NCBI RefSeq assembly: GCF_002105155.1
Contig: NW_019028979.1
Coordinates: 1,488,001-1,552,000 of the forward strand
Direction: 5' to 3'
Length of the DNA stretch: 64,000 nt
From: Lobosporangium transversale
Taxonomy: Eukaryota
Positions 60,982 through 64,000 of this stretch are shown here, in pieces. The translations under genes were made by a program, and so were the position numbers. The notes beneath the pieces were generated by a model that ran no database searches, had not been told where the DNA came from, and worked only from the letters and a program-made list of their open reading frames with translations. The first letter of the stretch is position 1, and every line of letters begins with the position of its first letter.

Positions 60982-63025
60982 GGAGGGGGACGAATAGACT
61001 GGATCAAACAAGTATTCAGGACCAAGCAAAGTGTTAATGATGAATTGGTCAAGCAAGCGCCAAAAAAAAAAAAAAAAAAAAAAAAAAGATAATGGGTAGT
61101 TAAGGATACAGTAAAGTGAGAGAGAAATGAGATAGCAACTATGGCAAAAAACAGTGATGCGAACAGTCTTCATCTTTATCAAGGAGCAGCAAATAGATCA
61201 AAGATGATACTTTGATCCCAAAACTAGAAGACTTTTAATTGTGTGAAGACATAATCTTCTGGGTTTTTTTTTCTTTTTTTCCTTTTTTGTTTTTCTTCTA
61301 TACTCCGTTACAACTCATCGGATAATTACATGGATTGAAATAAGGAGCAAAGACAACATAGCAAGGAAGAATCTGGATGGCTATATGACGCAGGAGTAGA
61401 GAATAGGATGAGACAAAGAGTCGTTTTAATATCATTTGGATGATGAGCATACTATTCAACAGGACATAAATATCTATTTATTTATATATACATGGACGTT
61501 TGGATTTTTTTTTCCCTTTACCAGAAATCTGTTAACCTCACCCCACATGTCACACCTGTTTGTGCGATCACACCAGCGATATTATGGTATTTTCTAACAC
61601 TCACAATGGGATCTCACTCGTTAGATCTTGGTCTTTACTTTGGTGGAGAAGAGGACGATACACAACTAGATCAGGAAGATAAGAATCTCTCCTACCTTGA
61701 ACTCTCAAACGAACAAGATGACTCGTATGATGTGATTGACACGGAGACACTGCTAGCAGAGATGAGTTCAGGTAAGTAGCAATTCGATATCTAAGTCTTT
61801 TCAGTGGACATAAGAACACACAGACACATAAAAGCATTATGGAAGTCAGACTATAGTACGCTTAATACTAACCTTAAAAGTATCGGATATTCTGATTTGA
61901 ACTAATAGAGCCTAGTCAGAGGAGTAATGGAGAGCTGAATGTCGATACGGATGTGGTTCAGATGTTTGGCGATCCAGAACTGCCTCCAGTAGAGAAGGCG
62001 CGTCTGCTCTCCAAGAGTGATTATGACTTTCATCGGTATGAAATCTGGTCATCCTCAACGGTAGAGGAGATGATGGCAAAAAAAAAAAAAAAAAAAAAAA
62101 AACATGGATAAACCATAACGGGAGCTAATTCCGCTTTTTGCAACCTTGACTGATCGTCTATAGTGCCTTCCTTGCAAGAGAGGTTGTAACCTTGTTGCCA
62201 TCCATGGATATTGGCGATGCCATCTCCTCCATCGTCCCTATCGTTCGTGAGCTTTCAGCAGATTCTCAAGAATCAGTCAGGGAATCACTGGCGTCTCAAC
62301 TCGACAAGATTGTTTTATATTTCTATCAGGTAAAAGTCGCGAGCTTCTTTATCTTTCTGAACTTGTTATTGTTTTTGTTTTTGTTTAAAAAAAGAAAAAA
62401 AAAAAGCTAACAAACGAAAGGTTTCTTTAATCCATTTATCGGAACAGAATGCGATAATCACGGATGAGAAAGCATTAACAGATACTGAGAAAGAGACAAA
62501 GGATGCCAACACCCCACATCAACCATCAAATTCCGCCGCACTGGCACATAATACCTTCACTCCTATTTTCATTAATCTTTTGCTGGACCAAAATGCTGCA
62601 ATCGCACATCAAACTCGCGAGGCTGTCCGCTCAGTGGCTGAAAACTGTCGCGAGGATCTCTTGGAAAGCGAGGTTTTGGATGGAGTCATTGCAGGGTTAG
62701 AAAAACTTTATAATAATTCATCTGCTTCAGAGCTCAAACAGGGATTGAACATGAACGGCGAAACCGATCAAGATGGGGAAGCAGAACTTGGAAAGATGCT
62801 GGTTGTTGTGGTTAGTCCAATTAAAGCATGAATAGGATACTGCCAAGTGCTTCCTTACTCCCTTTAACTCGCTTAGTATTAACACTCTTTTATCCTTACT
62901 TAATTACCGTGTTTAGCTATTGACTTCGTTGGCAAAAACTCTCGGCAAAGACAGGTGTACTCAGATTGTACTACCTAAACTAGAAAAGCTTATGAGCAAC
63001 TCTCAATTCTTTGTTCGCAAAGTAT

Positions 63026-63058
<33 letters not shown>

Positions 63059-64000
63059 AGATAGTGACTTTTAAGCAAAGTATAAGCTTTTTTTCACCTC
63101 TCCTAGAAATTGACATTCTATTTTGTTGATACAATTTAGGAAATTGTGATTGCTTTAGGGACACTATGCAAGGTTGTGGATCAACGTGTAGTGATTGACA
63201 AGCTACTACCACTGTATGATACTTTCGTGCATGATGACACATGGCATATTCGACGAGCTTGTTGCACGGTTCTTGCCTCCTTCGTATCATCATTACCCGT
63301 AGAGATGAAGACCAAGAAGGTGGAAGAGATTTACGATTTATATTCAGTAGATGTCAGCAGAAGTGTTCGTAACTCCATTATGGAAGTCCTAGGTGAGGTT
63401 ATTGCTGGATTTGAAGAGGGAAAAGTCCCAGATTCCCTCTTGAATCACTTCTTAAACATGGGACAGCAACCAATGAATGAGCATGAATTAGCCGTAATGT
63501 GCGCTTTTAGTTTCCCTGGTAAGTGAAGAATAAGTTTTTATTTTTCTTTTAATCGATGATCATTTGTGACAAAGCTGATACTTTTTTTATTTTTTATTTT
63601 ATTTTTATAGCTGTTATTTTGACTGCTGGTCGGTCAAAATGGGAAATGATGAAACCTGTATACATGAAATTGGCTGCGACATTCAGGTCTCCAATCCGGA
63701 GGTCTTTAGCTTGCTCGCTCCACGAAGTGGCTCGTATTCTTGGACCTGAAATAGCTGATCGCGACCTTGCAGTGGCTTTCTCTGATTGCTTAGTGGCAGA
63801 GGACGAGGTCAAAGAAGGTGTTATTGGGCATGTTGTAGAGTTTATTTCGTGTCTTTCACCACAATGTCGGTCATATGCGCTTCGCAATATCTATAATGCT
63901 TGGTCAGAACTGGAGAGATCCAGTAACTGGCGTCTGCGCGACTCTTTAGCCGGTCAGTTACCGGCACTATGCGAGATTGCAGAAGCAAAAGATTTATTAG
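60477..64000 (+). CDS. HEAT-repeat protein, PP4 regulatory subunit 1 (PPP4R1)-like; runs off the 3' end of the window
   Basis: 7-nt first exon ATGGCAG spliced to 61625 gives MADLGLYF; HEAT motifs FFVRK, DDTWHIRRAC, DVSRSVR, LGEVIAGF, CAFSFP|AVILTAG..W, IRRSLACSLHEVARILG, NWRLR. Confidence 0.85.
60535..60616. repeat. Intronic (GACAG)n and (CAAA)n microsatellites
   Basis: Imperfect GGACA/GAACA pentamers followed by AAAC tetramers. Confidence 0.8.

Overview
Eukaryotic (fungal) nuclear DNA, gene-dense, with short GT-AG introns, very many long poly(A)/poly(T) tracts and microsatellites. Gene content and style point to an early-diverging fungus, probably Mucoromycota/Mortierellaceae (inference). 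About 24 protein-coding genes could be built by hand: a SAM methyltransferase, a stand-alone ACT (CASTOR-like) protein, nitrobindin/THAP4-like, CSN1, a membrane-anchored CPYS glutaredoxin, ornithine carbamoyltransferase, an F-box/PP2-like protein, TSR4/PDCD2L, MTC1, an FKBP-TPR immunophilin, an 858-aa low-complexity orphan, four receptor-like single-pass membrane proteins (two Kelch-propeller paralogs on +, two paralogs sharing an unnamed 4-Cys ectodomain on -), SDS23-like CBS protein, Arb2/FAM172-like protein, a single-C2H2 zinc-finger protein, myosin light chain, type II PI4-kinase, a single-pass protein with a Gly/Tyr repeat tail, eIF6, a polyQ membrane/coiled-coil protein and the 5' part of a PPP4R1-like HEAT protein. 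No rRNA, tRNA, CRISPR array or intact transposon was recognised. The most interesting items are the 22-33 kb cluster of receptor-like surface proteins, the F-box-PP2 protein with a hydrophobic tail, the Arb2-like protein with a Ser-to-Lys nucleophile change, and a weak box C/D snoRNA candidate plus a minisatellite between the Kelch genes. All calls come from motif recognition by eye; no database search was run.
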